A DNA stretch of 63,305 nt, the filler included, from Reclinomonas americana ATCC 50394 (Eukaryota), in NCBI GenBank assembly GCA_048213135.1. It is 7 parts of 3 records of this genome, joined end to end, with 100 filler letters (N's around TTAATTAATTAA, not from the genome) between each part and the next. Parts side by side here need not be neighbours in the genome. Positions count along the whole stretch, not along the records: positions 37,160 to 51,153 come from PS015255.1; 6 more parts are not named here. One strand, 5' to 3'. The notes beneath the pieces were generated by a model. It worked only from the letters and a program-made list of their open reading frames with translations. It made no database searches and was not told where the DNA came from. This document shows, piece after piece, positions 37,198-49,152 of the stretch (positions are counted from its first letter, which is position 1; the number at the start of each line of letters is the position of its first letter). A program made the translations under genes and the position numbers.

Positions 37198-40100
37198 AGT
37201 GCGTCCAAGTGGTTCTGCTGGTACGTGTAGAAGTGGATGTTGGTCGCGAGTTCTTGCACAAACTCGTCGCCGTGCAGCGGGTACCGTTCGAGCTGTAGAT
37301 GTGGTGACGGTGTGAGCCATCGACAAGCTGCACAATGACGCCCGAGTCGGCACACCCACCAGTCTCAGTCGTCTCTCGTTCAGCACTTTGCGGATTACTC
37401 GAGCAATCTGTGGCACAGGGAACGAGAGTCAGTTCGCCTGTGGTGCGCTCGCTGACAGGGGAGATTACGAAACTCCACCGGCCGAGAAACCCTCGGTGCA
37501 AAAGGCGAGATTCTCGCCCTCCGTGGGTGTCCCCAGCTTGCCACCGTACTGCATCATCGCCGAGAGAGAGAGAGAGGGAATGAGCGTTGCTGTCATCAAC
37601 GCAGAAAGTCAGTGTCGCCGCCACTCACTCGCTGAATCAGGTGGTTCCACAACACCACACGCGATCCGTACGCTGGTGGTGCCACAAAGATCTGCTTCTC
37701 GAACGCAGCAAGTCCCTTCTCATTTCCAGCAAAGTTGCTGGTATTTCCAATGAGAATCACGCGGGGCGTGACCTCCTTGCCCGTCAGTGGATTCAGCACA
37801 GGCTTGCCGAGCAGTGCCAACACATCCGCCTTTACGCGAGTTGGGTCCTCCACTGGTTCTCCAGAGGCACCCGGATCGGCGGCCGCCTTGGCACCCTTCT
37901 TGCCCTTCTTTCCCTTCTTGCCCTTCTGCTCGTACACTCGCGCGTGTGAGATAATATCATGACAGACGAAGAAACAAAGTCACAGACAACGCACCCCCTT
38001 GCCACCAGCGCCACCCGAAAACACCTTGTCGGCGTCGTCAATGTAGATCACGGCACAGTTGTTGAATTGAGCGGCCAGCTGTACAGCGTTGCGTGATGAG
38101 ACAAGCACGGAGTAATCGAGAGAGCAGTCGCCTCTTGCTCACCAAGAAAATACTCTCCACCATGAACTTGGTGGCACTCGGGCTCTCGTTAAACTTGCCC
38201 TGTGGGGCAGGCATCCGTGTTAGCAGTCAGTCGCACGTACCTCAACAACGGCACTGGTTTAACAAACCCGCAAGTTGGTCGGACTCAGGTCGAAGAACAT
38301 GGCGCCTGTCTCCGTGGCAATTGCCCTCGACAGCATGGTCTTGCCGGAACCGCGAGGTCCATACAGCAGGACCGACTTGGGCGAGCGAGCGTACAGCAGG
38401 TCACAGCCGAGCGGCAAGATGGCGTACTCGACACACAACTGTACGCATTCGTGAGACGAGAGCGTGCAAGAGAGTAATGAACTCGTCGTCAGGCGAACCT
38501 CGCGGACTTGCGCCAAGCTGGGGCTGTTGAATTCGGGCTCTGCCTCGTCCATGGCCTTCTGCTGCTCCTCAAGGATCTGCTTGCCAATCGGGTACTCGGT
38601 GGTGAAGTCGTCGCCCAGCAGCTTGGGGGCGTCGGGCTTGTTGGACTTCTTGCCACCTGCGAGCGATGAACGAGGTGAGATCGAGACGGATTCGTTGGAA
38701 AAGAGCCGAGCAGCACGCACCCTTCTTGCCGCCCTTCTTGCCACCTTTGCCGCCCTTCTTGCCGCCATCTTCCCCACTCTCGGCGTTCTTGGCGGCCTGC
38801 ATTTTCTCGGCCTTGGCGCGCACAGCGTCCTCTTGCAACTTGGCCACGTGATCGTAGGTGCCGAGGAACTCGGCCATGTGCACCGGCGGCACCTACACGT
38901 AGAGGCGCGGTAAGTCTTTTCGACGCGCTGTGTTTGCGATGGGAGAAAGAGAAAAGACGCAACACGCTTGAGAATGCCCTTGGCCAGCACCTCGGTGAAG
39001 CGCTTGCGCTCCGCATCCTCCGCCTGCTTGCGCAGAATCGCGGGGTCGATAGCCGGCGCAGCGGATTCCTCCGCTTTGCCCTTTTTGCCCTTGGCACCCT
39101 TCTTGCCTGCTCAAACCGGATGCAGTGAGCAACGGGGAGACTCGTGTATGCTTGGTGGTCACAAAACCGACACGCACCCTTTTTCTCCTTGCCCTTCTTG
39201 CCTGTTTTGGGTGGAGCGACGAGAATGAGAGACCTGTTCACCTACACCCTTCCCCCATAACAGACGTACCCTTCTTTCCCTTGCCCTTCTTGTCGCCGCC
39301 ACCATCGCCGGTCAACTGCGCCCGCAAGTTCTCCAACTCCATGCGCAGAATGGTGTCCACTTGTCGCTCAAACTGCATCACCGCGTGTCAGCTCGACGGG
39401 CGACACTGACTTACGCTTCCCAGCCCTCGCATATGCGCACCTCGTTGCGAATGCGGCCGTCGATTCCGCTGCGCACGAGGCGCACCTCGGGATGCTGCGG
39501 ACGGTCGAGACCCTCACGCACTCCGGACTCCCACTTGTCGCCGTACTCGGCCAGCCTGCACCACGTGTGAGCGACCACTGATGACTGGCACCTCACCACT
39601 TACTGCACACACACACGAACCCCTGTTGAATGCGCCTGGTGATCTCGTCGTCCATCGCTCCCGGATCCTTCTCCTCCTCGCCCTCCGCGGCCCCCTTCTT
39701 CTTGCCCTTCTTACCCTTCTTGCCCTTCTTTCCTTTTTTCCCCTTCTTCTCGCCGTCCTTCTTGCCCTTCTTGCCTTTCTTGCCCTTCTTGCCACCCTTC
39801 TTGTCGCCCTCCTCGTCGTCGCCAGCCGCACTCTTGTACTTGTCCGGGTTCTTGAGCATGTCTTGCGTGACAAGGTAGCCGACTTGCGCATCTGTGGTCT
39901 CCGCCATGTCCATGATCTGGCCCGTCTCCACATAGTTGTCGACCACTGTGGCAATGAAATCCACGCGCTGCTGGTGCACGAAGCGCTGGCCCAACTCGGC
40001 TCGGATACTGTATGCATGTGTGAGTGTGTGAGGTTGGAGTGTGCTGTTGTGTGTAAAACGGCTGTACAAGAGTGAGAAACGCACCGCTCCTCCTCCACCA

Positions 40101-41545
40101 CCTCCATGCGCTTCAGCTCCAGTTCGGCCTGTTCTTGGCGCACCTTGCGCTGCGTGCGAATGGTGCCGTGCACGCGCTCGGGATCCGTGTCGGGATTGAC
40201 GGGCTTGGGTTCCATGCCTGGCCATCGGAGGAGAAAAGTCAACTCGAGGTTCGAGCAAATACACACCAACACCAAGCTCACCGAGGAAAATCAGCTCTGC
40301 TGAACGCAAGGCTGCTGTCTTCTTCCTCGCCATGTACATGCGGAAACTGCGCACAAGAAGAGGAGCAAGTCAGCGACACAGCTGCTGCTGCTGCTCTTGC
40401 ATCTCCTTGAACGCAACGCTCGGTGGATTTTCGTGGCGGCATCGTCGGGGTGCATGCGGTTCGGCAGCTCGTCGCTGTCGGTGCCGAGCTCAAAGTCGTC
40501 AAAGCTGCGATCCACACACACACGTGGTGAGACGACTTGTTCACTTGCTGCTTCACCGCTGGGCACACGCCACGCACCGAATGTCTCGAATCACACGGAA
40601 ACGGTGACGGGCTTGGCGACCGCGCTCGTTCCGCTGCAGAATGGCCACAGCCGCCTCTGGTGTCAGCCGTGGCACGAGGCGGCCGTATGGATCGCGCTCG
40701 TAGGCAGAGTCGGGGTTCTGCGGCACTGTCGATGCGTCGACCTTCAGCAGGTCGTGATCGTCGAGATCCTCGTCCGGCACATTGTACGTGCGCACCACCA
40801 AATCCTGCACAGCGGCTGCGCTTCAGCACAACAGCTCTGCCCCTGCCGGTGGCCAAGCACAACGAGGCACGCAACAATGTAATCCTTCTTCTGCTGCATG
40901 ACCTTGTTCTCCTCCACAAAGTAGTGCGGCACGGGCACTTGCAGTACCTCGGGAGTCAGCTGCAGATCACTGATGACATCGTCAAAGTTGGGATACTCGC
41001 CACGCAGCATCACCAAGCGCTGAGTGCTGACGGTGAGTACGGTGGATCGACAGCGCAGTGCAAGGTGAGAGACGCACCCGACGGTACTCGACCGTTCGCA
41101 CAATCAGTGCGTCGAGCAAGGCGCGGATTGTCTTGCGCTTCTGCGGCTGAATGGTCTGATCGTGAGCGGCTTCCAGTCGGCGCATGATGCGCAGGTGGGT
41201 CACATAGAGGCGAGCTTGGTGCGGGATCTGAAACTCGGGTTTCTGTGGCGCGCCCGCGCGTGTGTGTGTGAGAGAGAGACAACACTACAGAAACCGACAG
41301 TGCGTTTCTCACGCACATCGAACTGAGGGCCGTAGCGCTCCGGTGCCAGGGCATCCTCGCGGGCGCAGCTGGTGAGGTCTTCGATGCCCTCTTGCAGCGC
41401 AGTGTCAAACGTGCTGTACGGAGACGATCACACACAGTGAGCCGGCAAGCAAGTACGCATGACACTCATCACAAACAGACAGATAGCGCGAAAGGGACCA
41501 CACTTGTGGCAGCAAGGAGGAGGGGAGAACGTACCGATTGGACAT
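37198..41545 (-). CDS. IQCA1: IQ and AAA domain protein, dynein regulatory complex subunit 11; multi-exon
   Basis: MSNR start; HDQTIQPQKRKTIRALLD; IQ motifs ILQRNERGRQAR and KIHRA|FRMYMARKK; ELIFLG|MEP; KKG tracts; Walker A SVLLYGPRGSGKTMLSRAIATETGAMFFDLSP. Confidence 0.93.
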
Positions 41546-41868
41546 GGTACTGAGCTCCACGCCACCGGCGTGTCAGGTCGCTGAGTATAACGTCTCGCCA
41601 GCGTCTGTCGATCCAACCGACCAACTCGGTGAACTTCGGTGGCCTGTAAACTCTGTCGTGCACATTCCCTTCTCGCTGGAGCAACACTCACGCACCTGCC
41701 CGGAACACTTCCCCTTCCGTGTTGCGCCTCCTCGTTGGACTCCAATCCACCAAGTCAACAACTTGGTTGCGTCAGCGCATTCCGTCGATTCGCGGGTCGT
41801 GCGTTTCTCGCGCGACTCTCACATTTGGAAACGCAGTTTTTCCCCGCGCGAAATCAAACCTTGCGTGC

Positions 41869-43181
41869 ATGGCGCTCACTCGCTCCACTGGAGAGACGCG
41901 CCTACTGCCGTCCATCGTAGCCACGGACCATCACGAGGTGCGGAAATGGCGTGACGGCGCCATATTCTGGCATGCGGACCGTCGTGCTTCGGAACCGCTG
42001 CTGGATCACAGCATGGTGCTGTCGCCGCTGGTGGCCCGCGCGGAACGCGAGGATAAGTTCAGTACGCCAGTGGACAGTCGCATGAAGAGGGCTCCGGCTG
42101 CACTGTTTGGCACAACCACGCGCGCCGTGTCACCTCCGATCATTCGCTGGCCCGCAAAAGGTACACACGTGAGATGGGCAGAGCTGTGACCCGCGAGTGC
42201 TCACTCCTGTGCCTCGTGCGCGGCAGCCGAGAGCACAAGCCCCGACAATCGCAGCAAACGCAGCAATTCGGTGACCGAGTCATCGGGAAGGCGCAAAAGC
42301 GCGAATCGCGACAAGGCGATGCTCTCGCAGTCGCTGCAGTTCCGCCAGCGCAACATGGACGACTCGCAGGAGGCCCGCACCTCGTGGCTGCTTGGTTCCG
42401 TGCCTTACTGCAAGTGATCCTTGTGTCAGTCACGCTTCGTCATCATCGATGTCTCTGATCCGCAGGAACGGTGACCGCCACCACTGGGTGCGAATGCGTC
42501 TCGAGGAGAGCACTGGGTTGCGTCGTCGTCGCTGATGATGACTCCCGCAGTGAACTGTGCATCGCTGACTTGTCATCCACAGTTCCCACTCCGGCACCGA
42601 CCGACTACCAACCACAACGAGTGCAAGCCAGGTCGCCCGCACATCGTTTCGCCACCACCAAGCGCTTCCCGGCGTGAGCGCGTCACTCCATCTCCCCATT
42701 CGCCACTCACGAAAGGCGAATAAATGTACAACAGCAGCACGGCAAGAATGTGAGCAGTACGTAGTTGTGATCTCTTCACTGCACCTGGCGGGTCCGTGCC
42801 GGCGTCGAGTCGTGTTCCACCCACGTGGTGGCCGGCGAGTGTGTCGACGTGTGGAAGTGGTGATGGGTGAAATGGAGGGTGTCGCTGTGGATCGGCAGTG
42901 TCGACGACGACGACGACACCGACTCCAACACGGCGGCATCGCCAACAGTAGTAGCAGCAGCCGCGGCAACGGACGAAGAGGAGGAAGCGGAGGAGTTGAC
43001 GGTGGCGGGAGAGGACAGGTGGAGAGAGGAGAGATGTAGTGGAGAAAAGGCGGCCGCGAGATGCGGCGACGGCAATGATGGCGGGGGTGGCGCTGGCGGC
43101 GGCGAAGACGAGGCCTCGTCGCTGTCACTCGGCACCTCACTTCGACTTCTTCGTGTCGACTGGCGCGGCGGCTGGCTTTGA
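41869..43181 (+). CDS. Hypothetical protein with a SHIPPO/PG-rich-like repeat; 3' exons uncertain
   Basis: MALTRSTGETRLLP...; PAPTDYQPQRVQARSPAHRFATTKRF resembles axonemal PGP-x-Y repeats. Confidence 0.35.
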
Positions 43182-44581
43182 CTTTTCGGCCTTCTTGTCG
43201 GACTTGGACTTCTTCTTGCCCGAGCCAGAAGCTGCGGCATAGAGAAAAAATTGAAGAATGATCACGCCCGAGAGCGTGCAGGCAGCCAGCGAGCTGAGCT
43301 TGACTGCACAGAAGCACAAGGTATCGTCATGCATGTGGGCGAGAAGAGACAGACAGAGAGAGAGAGAGTGCAGGGTAGGCACGCAACGGAGAGCGTCGGG
43401 GGCCTCCTTGAAGGTGGTGAACACGCGGGCTGCATGCGAAGATGCGAGTGAGACGGAGGCAGAGAGAGACGCAGATAAGTATGCAGGCTGCTCACCGAGC
43501 GTGCCAAAGAACTGCAGGCCGCACGTGATGATGCTGAGCTCGCCAGTGCTTTGCGCCTGCACTCGGCGGTGAGGCAGCGTGCGCTCAAGAGAAGAGAATA
43601 GTAAAGTCGACTCACCGAGTAGTTGGCCCAGATTTGCGTGACGCGAGAGGCAATCAGCATGACAATCGACGTGGCCTGCATGGTCTCCAGCAAGCCCATC
43701 GGCAGCACAGTGCACATGACACCGCAGGCGGCGACAAAGCTGCACGGACACACACACACACGTGTTTTATCAGAGGCCGAGCAGAGAGGGCAGAAATACT
43801 TTGAGGAAGAAAAACACACCCCGCCGTAATCAGGTACGACACGGAGACGCGGTTCGGGTACTCGTAGCGATAGATGAGCATGATAATGATCAAGTCTTGG
43901 GCGAGTGGAGGGGGGAACACAGTGAGCATGAAACTCGGAAGAATGCATGCACACACACAGAGTGCACGTTACCAAAGAGCAGCACAAAGAAGGAATCGCC
44001 AAACGTGTTGAGCGGGTACCCGCGGCGCAAGCTGAACGCGAACACCGTCAACGCTCTACACACAAGACCCCAAGTCACACACAACTGCAAAGAGGCAACA
44101 ACAAGACAACAAAGCGCGCAACGGATACGCCTCCAACACCGTCGACAGAAGCGACACTCCACGAGCACTGCGCTTGCTGACAATCTTTTGCACTTGCGGA
44201 ACCTAACAACAGCACACTGTATGAGAGACACACTTGCACACAATGAGAGAGACACGTGGTCGCCACCTTGAAGAACATGGAGCCCGCCACGACCGCATAT
44301 CCGATAATCTTGCTGAGCAGCAGCGACAGACACTCGCCATGTGAGACACACACAAACAACAGAGACAAGAGTCAAGGAGGCCACAGTGAGAGAGACAGAG
44401 ACACACACACGCGTGCATGCATGCATGCAAAGGATATCAGTGAAATGCCCGTCGACAAAGAGTCGCGTGTGGCACTTCTCGCCCAAAACGCTGACCAACA
44501 AGCTCGCTGTGTGCGCAGGTATGTAAGCCTCTCTCTCTCACACACACACGAACTGAAGATGCACACTCTGCGCTCACCCAT
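43137..44581 (-). CDS. MPDU1: Mannose-P-dolichol utilization defect 1 (PQ-loop family), multi-exon
   Basis: CLSLLLSKIIGYAVVAGSMFFK; FSLRRGYPLNTFGDSFF; SRVTQIWANY; STGELSIIT; ARVFTTFKE; C-terminal KKSK ER-retrieval motif. Confidence 0.93.
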
Positions 44582-44634
44582 TGAAAACAAAGTAAGGAGA
44601 AATTTCCCTCTCTCTGCTCGTTGTCTTCCTTCTC

Positions 44635-45159
44635 ATGAGCGTTGTGCTGCAGTGTGGCAACGGTGTGTCTGTGCGAACCAGTGCCTGCATTGCGCGACAA
44701 ATGGGACTGTGCGCGGGCATGCTGCAGGAGCATCACAAGGAGGAGGAAGAAGAAGAGGTTGTTTTGCCGGTGCCTGGAGTTAGCAACGATCGCGTGTTGC
44801 GCGTGGTGCTGGCGTGCTTGAGTGTGAGCACTGGCGAGTGTGAGGACGAGTGTGTGATGAGGGCGTGTCGTGCGGAGGGAGGGGTGTCGCTGGTGGCGGT
44901 GTTGATGGCGGTGAACTACTTGGATGTTCCGAGCGTGTTGGCAACTGCGGCGAGATGTGTGGCGCGGGAGACAAGAGGGTTGACAGTGCGTGAGGTGCGG
45001 CGATGGGCGGGCGTGGAGGAGGAGAGGGAGGAGGAGGAAGGACAGGAGGAGCCGCAGGCGGTGCGGGTGGTCGAGGCGTTGAGGAGACGGAGGCGGCGAT
45101 TGGCGCGAGTGGTGGCCGAGAGTCGAGGCGAGGCGTATGATGATGATGAGCACGAGTAA
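44635..45159 (+). CDS. Divergent Skp1-family protein, intronless
   Basis: VLPVPGVSNDRVLRVVL...LVAVLMAVNYLDVPSVLATAARCVARETRGLTVREVRR matches the Skp1 POZ and dimerisation motifs. Confidence 0.8.
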   Translation: MSVVLQCGNGVSVRTSACIARQMGLCAGMLQEHHKEEEEEEVVLPVPGVSNDRVLRVVLACLSVSTGECEDECVMRACRAEGGVSLVAVLMAVNYLDVPSVLATAARCVARETRGLTVREVRRWAGVEEEREEEEGQEEPQAVRVVEALRRRRRRLARVVAESRGEAYDDDEHE

Positions 45160-45242
45160 AAGACACAATTCGTTGTTTGTTGTTTACAAGAGGATGAGGG
45201 AGGGGGGGCCAGCAGCGTGCCAGCAGCAATCGCTCTCCCGTC

Positions 45243-46407
45243 TCACAGACCCAGACCGTAGACGGTGACAAACACCGACAGTGTCTCTGTTTCGTACTCC
45301 ACCGTCACTTGACCTGAAGGAGGGAGGGAGGGCGGTGAGCATCGAAACAGAGGAAAAGGGGAGAAGAATGCGCGCGCGCGCGCACCGTCTTGTCGTGGAT
45401 CCCATGATGCCACATCGGCCACATGCAAACCGGCGCCAACTCGTTGCGACAAGTGGCATGTCACTGGGAGGGAGGGATAAGGGTGAGCGATGAAGAGAAG
45501 GAAGGAAGGGAGGAGGAGCAGGGAAGGAAAGCAAGAATAGCACGCAAGTGGAGTGCGCGGCAGAACCAGGTATGCTCCTCTATTGTAGCACGGTGTGTGT
45601 GCGAGAGAGGGAGAGAGAGAGAGAGAGAGAGAAAGCAGGGAAAGCGATAGCGGAAACAAGCACAAATCTGTGGAGGAAAGAGAAATGCTTCTTGCCTTGC
45701 AGTGTGTTGTGTGTGAGAAAACAGGGAAAGCGATAACGAGAGCAGGTAGAGCTGAGTGTAACAACGAGAGATGCTCCTTGTCTCGCAGCGAGAGGGCAGC
45801 ATGTGTGTGCGTGTGAGAGAGAGAGGAAGCGAACAAATACAACTGTGTGGCACAAAGAGAGATGCTCCTTGTCTCGCAGTGCGTTTGTGGCAAGGAGGAA
45901 GAGAAGAAGACAACGAAAGACGAACGACACCTTGCGAGAGTGACGCAGAGCAAGGAGAACAGAGTCAGCAAGCTACACACTGCACGTGAAGCAAGCAAGC
46001 ACTGGGCAAGCAATCGATCTGTGTTCGCCAGCCCTCCCTCTCCAGTCTCCCTTTTTTGCTCTCACCGAGGTACTTGAGGTTCTGCTTCAACCCGGCCAAT
46101 CTCTTGAGCGTCTGCTCGAGGATTGCCGCGCTCCAGTCGTTGACCTTGCTCGGATGATAGCGCGCCTATGAGAGAGAGTAAACTGTCAACCAAAGAGAGA
46201 AACGCACACAGAGCACAAGGAGTTGAGCGAAACTTCCTTCAGCACTTCCTCCAACACTGCCTCAATCTCCTCCTTCACATCCTCGCCGTTGAACACCACC
46301 AACTGTGTGTCATTTTAAAAGAAAATGTGAGTGCTCTTTGTTGCTCTCTCTCTCTCTCTCCTCTCTCTCTTTCCAAACAACGCAACGTCTTCCTCCTCTG
46401 CTTCCAT
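45243..46407 (-). CDS. DYNLT1: Dynein light chain, Tctex-1 type, 5 exons
   Basis: MEAEEED|LVVFNGEDVKEEIEAVLEEVLKE|ARYHPSKVNDWSAAILEQTLKRLAGLKQNLKYL|VTCHLSQRVGAGLHVADVASWDPRQD|GQVTVEYETETLSVFVTVYGLGL-stop; paralog assignment tentative. Confidence 0.9.
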
Positions 46408-47114
46408 TCGTTACAAACTCGCTCTCACTCACACTGCAACGCAGAGGAGGGAAGTGTCAGCATTTTTGGCGCGCAACTCAAATCAACACGCACACACAAC
46501 GCACAACGCACAACGCCAGAAGGCGATTCTCTCTGTCTCTCTCGCACACACACTCACCTGCACACTGGCTGTTGCAATAGACTCTTTCTCACACACAATG
46601 AGCGCGCGAAGGATGGTGGACAATCAAAACGGCACTGCATATGAGTCACCGGTAGAAATTGTCTCACCTTACTTTTGAAGACGGGGGACCTGCAGCCGGT
46701 GACCACCAGCAAGTATTCTCCGCAATTTTCGCAACTGCAAGCGACTTCGAGTTGCAGGAATTCCTGGAAACGAATTCGCATTCAGCTGCAATTGCAAATG
46801 CGTTTTTGTCAAGGCCAGTTGCAACGAATGCCAGCAGACAAGAAGTATCTGTGCCAGCGTATACACTATACCTGCAGCTCAGGCGTCCGTTTACGTAGGT
46901 TTCCGAGCTGCAGATTCTGCATCTGCTCGCTGCGATATCGATATCGATATCACGAATTCGAATTCCTGTCGCAGCCCTGCCATTCTCCTGTTCCGCCCTC
47001 TATGCATACACGCATACATGCAGCACATGCGTAACTGGCGCAGAACGGGTCGACTCGGACCTTGCGCGACGACGAAAATTCCCTCTCTTCCTCACTCATT
47101 TTTTCTTTGTTGTT

Positions 47115-49035
47115 ATGTCTGCCAGCGATCTCAGCCCACTAGTCTCTCTCGCGGAGATTCGCGCCAAGCGTTGCGTGCGCTTCCCTTGCCCCTCTCTCTC
47201 TCACTTCACTGGCCTCATTGTACTGCACACACACAGTGGATGCGGAGGCATGTGTCCGCGTTCTGTCTGTGTGTCTCTCTCACTGCCTCTCTCACGTGTG
47301 CACACACGCACGCACACAGGTGTTGGGCGAGATGCGAGAGGTGTTTGCGCACTTGAGCGAGATGAATGCCAGTGGAGCGATGCCAGTCATGCTGCGTGTG
47401 CACTCTTCTGCTCTCTCACGCATGCACTCTCCCTCTCACGCATGCATGCATGCACACAGTGGTGAGCAGCAGTTCCTGGAGTTCCTCTCTGCGCAACACT
47501 GTGGCATGGAGTCAGAGGTGAGCGTGTGTGTGAGAGAGAACGCACACACACACACACACGCAATGCACTCATCATTGTGTTGTGTTTTGCAGGAGATGTG
47601 CAAGTTGATTTTCCGCGGTGCGCTTGCCTCTCTCTCTCACACACACTCTGTGCTTGTCTTTCTCTCTCCATCTAACCCTCCTCTTTCGAGCGCAGCACTG
47701 GACACGGAAGGCACAGGTCTTTGCATTCTCACGCCACTCCAATCACTGGACATCATCATTGTGTGTGCTCACTCAGCACTGACTGACTTTTGCAGGTTCG
47801 GTGGACTTTGTGGAGTGGGCCACCTCCATGTACTTGATTAGCTCGGCGTCGGTGGGCGATGAGAAGATGCTGGGCCTGTTCTTCAAGAGTTGCGTGTTTT
47901 TTCGTATTTCCTTGGCTCTCGTGGTCGACTCGACTCACGCCCTTCCCGTTCCGTGGCAGTCTTTGATATCAACAAGGTACTCCGTGNNNNNNNNNNNNNN
48001 NNNNNNNNNNNNNNNNNNNNNNNNNNNNNNNNNNNNNNNNNNNNNNNNNNNNNNNNNNNNNNNNNNNNNNNNNNNNNNNNNNNNNNNNNNNNNNNNNNNN
48101 NNNNNNNNNNNNNNNNNNNNNNNNNNNNNNNNNNNNNNNNNNNNNNNNNNNNNNNNNNNNNNNNNNNNNNNNNNNNNNNNNNNNNNNNNNNNNNNNNNNN
48201 NNNNNNNNNNNNNNNNNNNNNNNNNNNNNNNNNNNNNNNNNNNNNNNNNNNNNNNNNNNNNNNNNNNNNNNNNNNNNNNNNNNNNNNNNNNNNNNNNNNN
48301 NNNNNNNNNNNNNNNNNNNNNNNNNNNNNNNNNNNNNNNNNNNNNNNNNNNNNNNNNNNNNNNNNNNNNNNNNNNNNNNNNNNNNNNNNNNNNNNNNNNN
48401 NNNNNNNNNNNNNNNNNNNNNNNNNNNNNNNNNNNNNNNNNNNNNNNNNNNNNNNNNNNNNNNNNNNNNNNNNNNNNNNNNATTCGGCATGCAAGTGCGC
48501 TCTGTGGGAAGGGAATGCTGACGGGGATTGTGTGCAGGATGGTTTCATCACGCGTGAGGAGGCGGCCAAGGTGGTGCGCGCGCTCACCATCTCGAGTCAG
48601 GCGGCCATGACGGCGCTGCTGCAGGATGAGGAGTCGTCGGTGGTCACAGGACTGCGAGCCATCTCGCGTGAGCGTTCAGCGCAGGTGCGGCATTGCTGGC
48701 CCTCTCGTCTCCTCCTATCCCAACTATGCCGCTCACTCGCACGCAGGTCGAACCACTCGTCGAGCTGCTGTTTGAGCGCCTGGTGAGTGATTGTGTGTGT
48801 AGCGCAGCGTGTTGGAAGCCTGTCTCTCTCTCTCTCTCTCTCTCACCCCACGCGGTTTGTCCGAGATCAGGATTCCAACAAGGACGACAAGATCTCGCTG
48901 CAGGAGTGGATGGACGGCATTCACAGCGTCGACGATGTGTTCCGCGAGTTGCGTGCTCCAGTGCAGTCGTGCTTTGTTTGTTGGTGATTCACACCCTCCA
49001 CCACCAGGATCTTCTCCACGCTCGAGCTGATGTAA
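47115..49035 (+). CDS. EF-hand calcium sensor (calcineurin B/NCS-like), many small exons
   Basis: EF loops DTEGTGSVDFVE, DINKDGFITREE and DSNKDDKISLQE assembled across introns. Confidence 0.88.
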
Positions 49036-49152
49036 GTCGGCCGCCCTGTTTGCCGTTGACTGCAGGTGTCTTCCATTTCTTTTCGTCGCCAGTGAAAAGA
49101 GAAACATGTTCGTTTCCATCCACTATTCTACATTCAAATTGTTTTTTTAATA

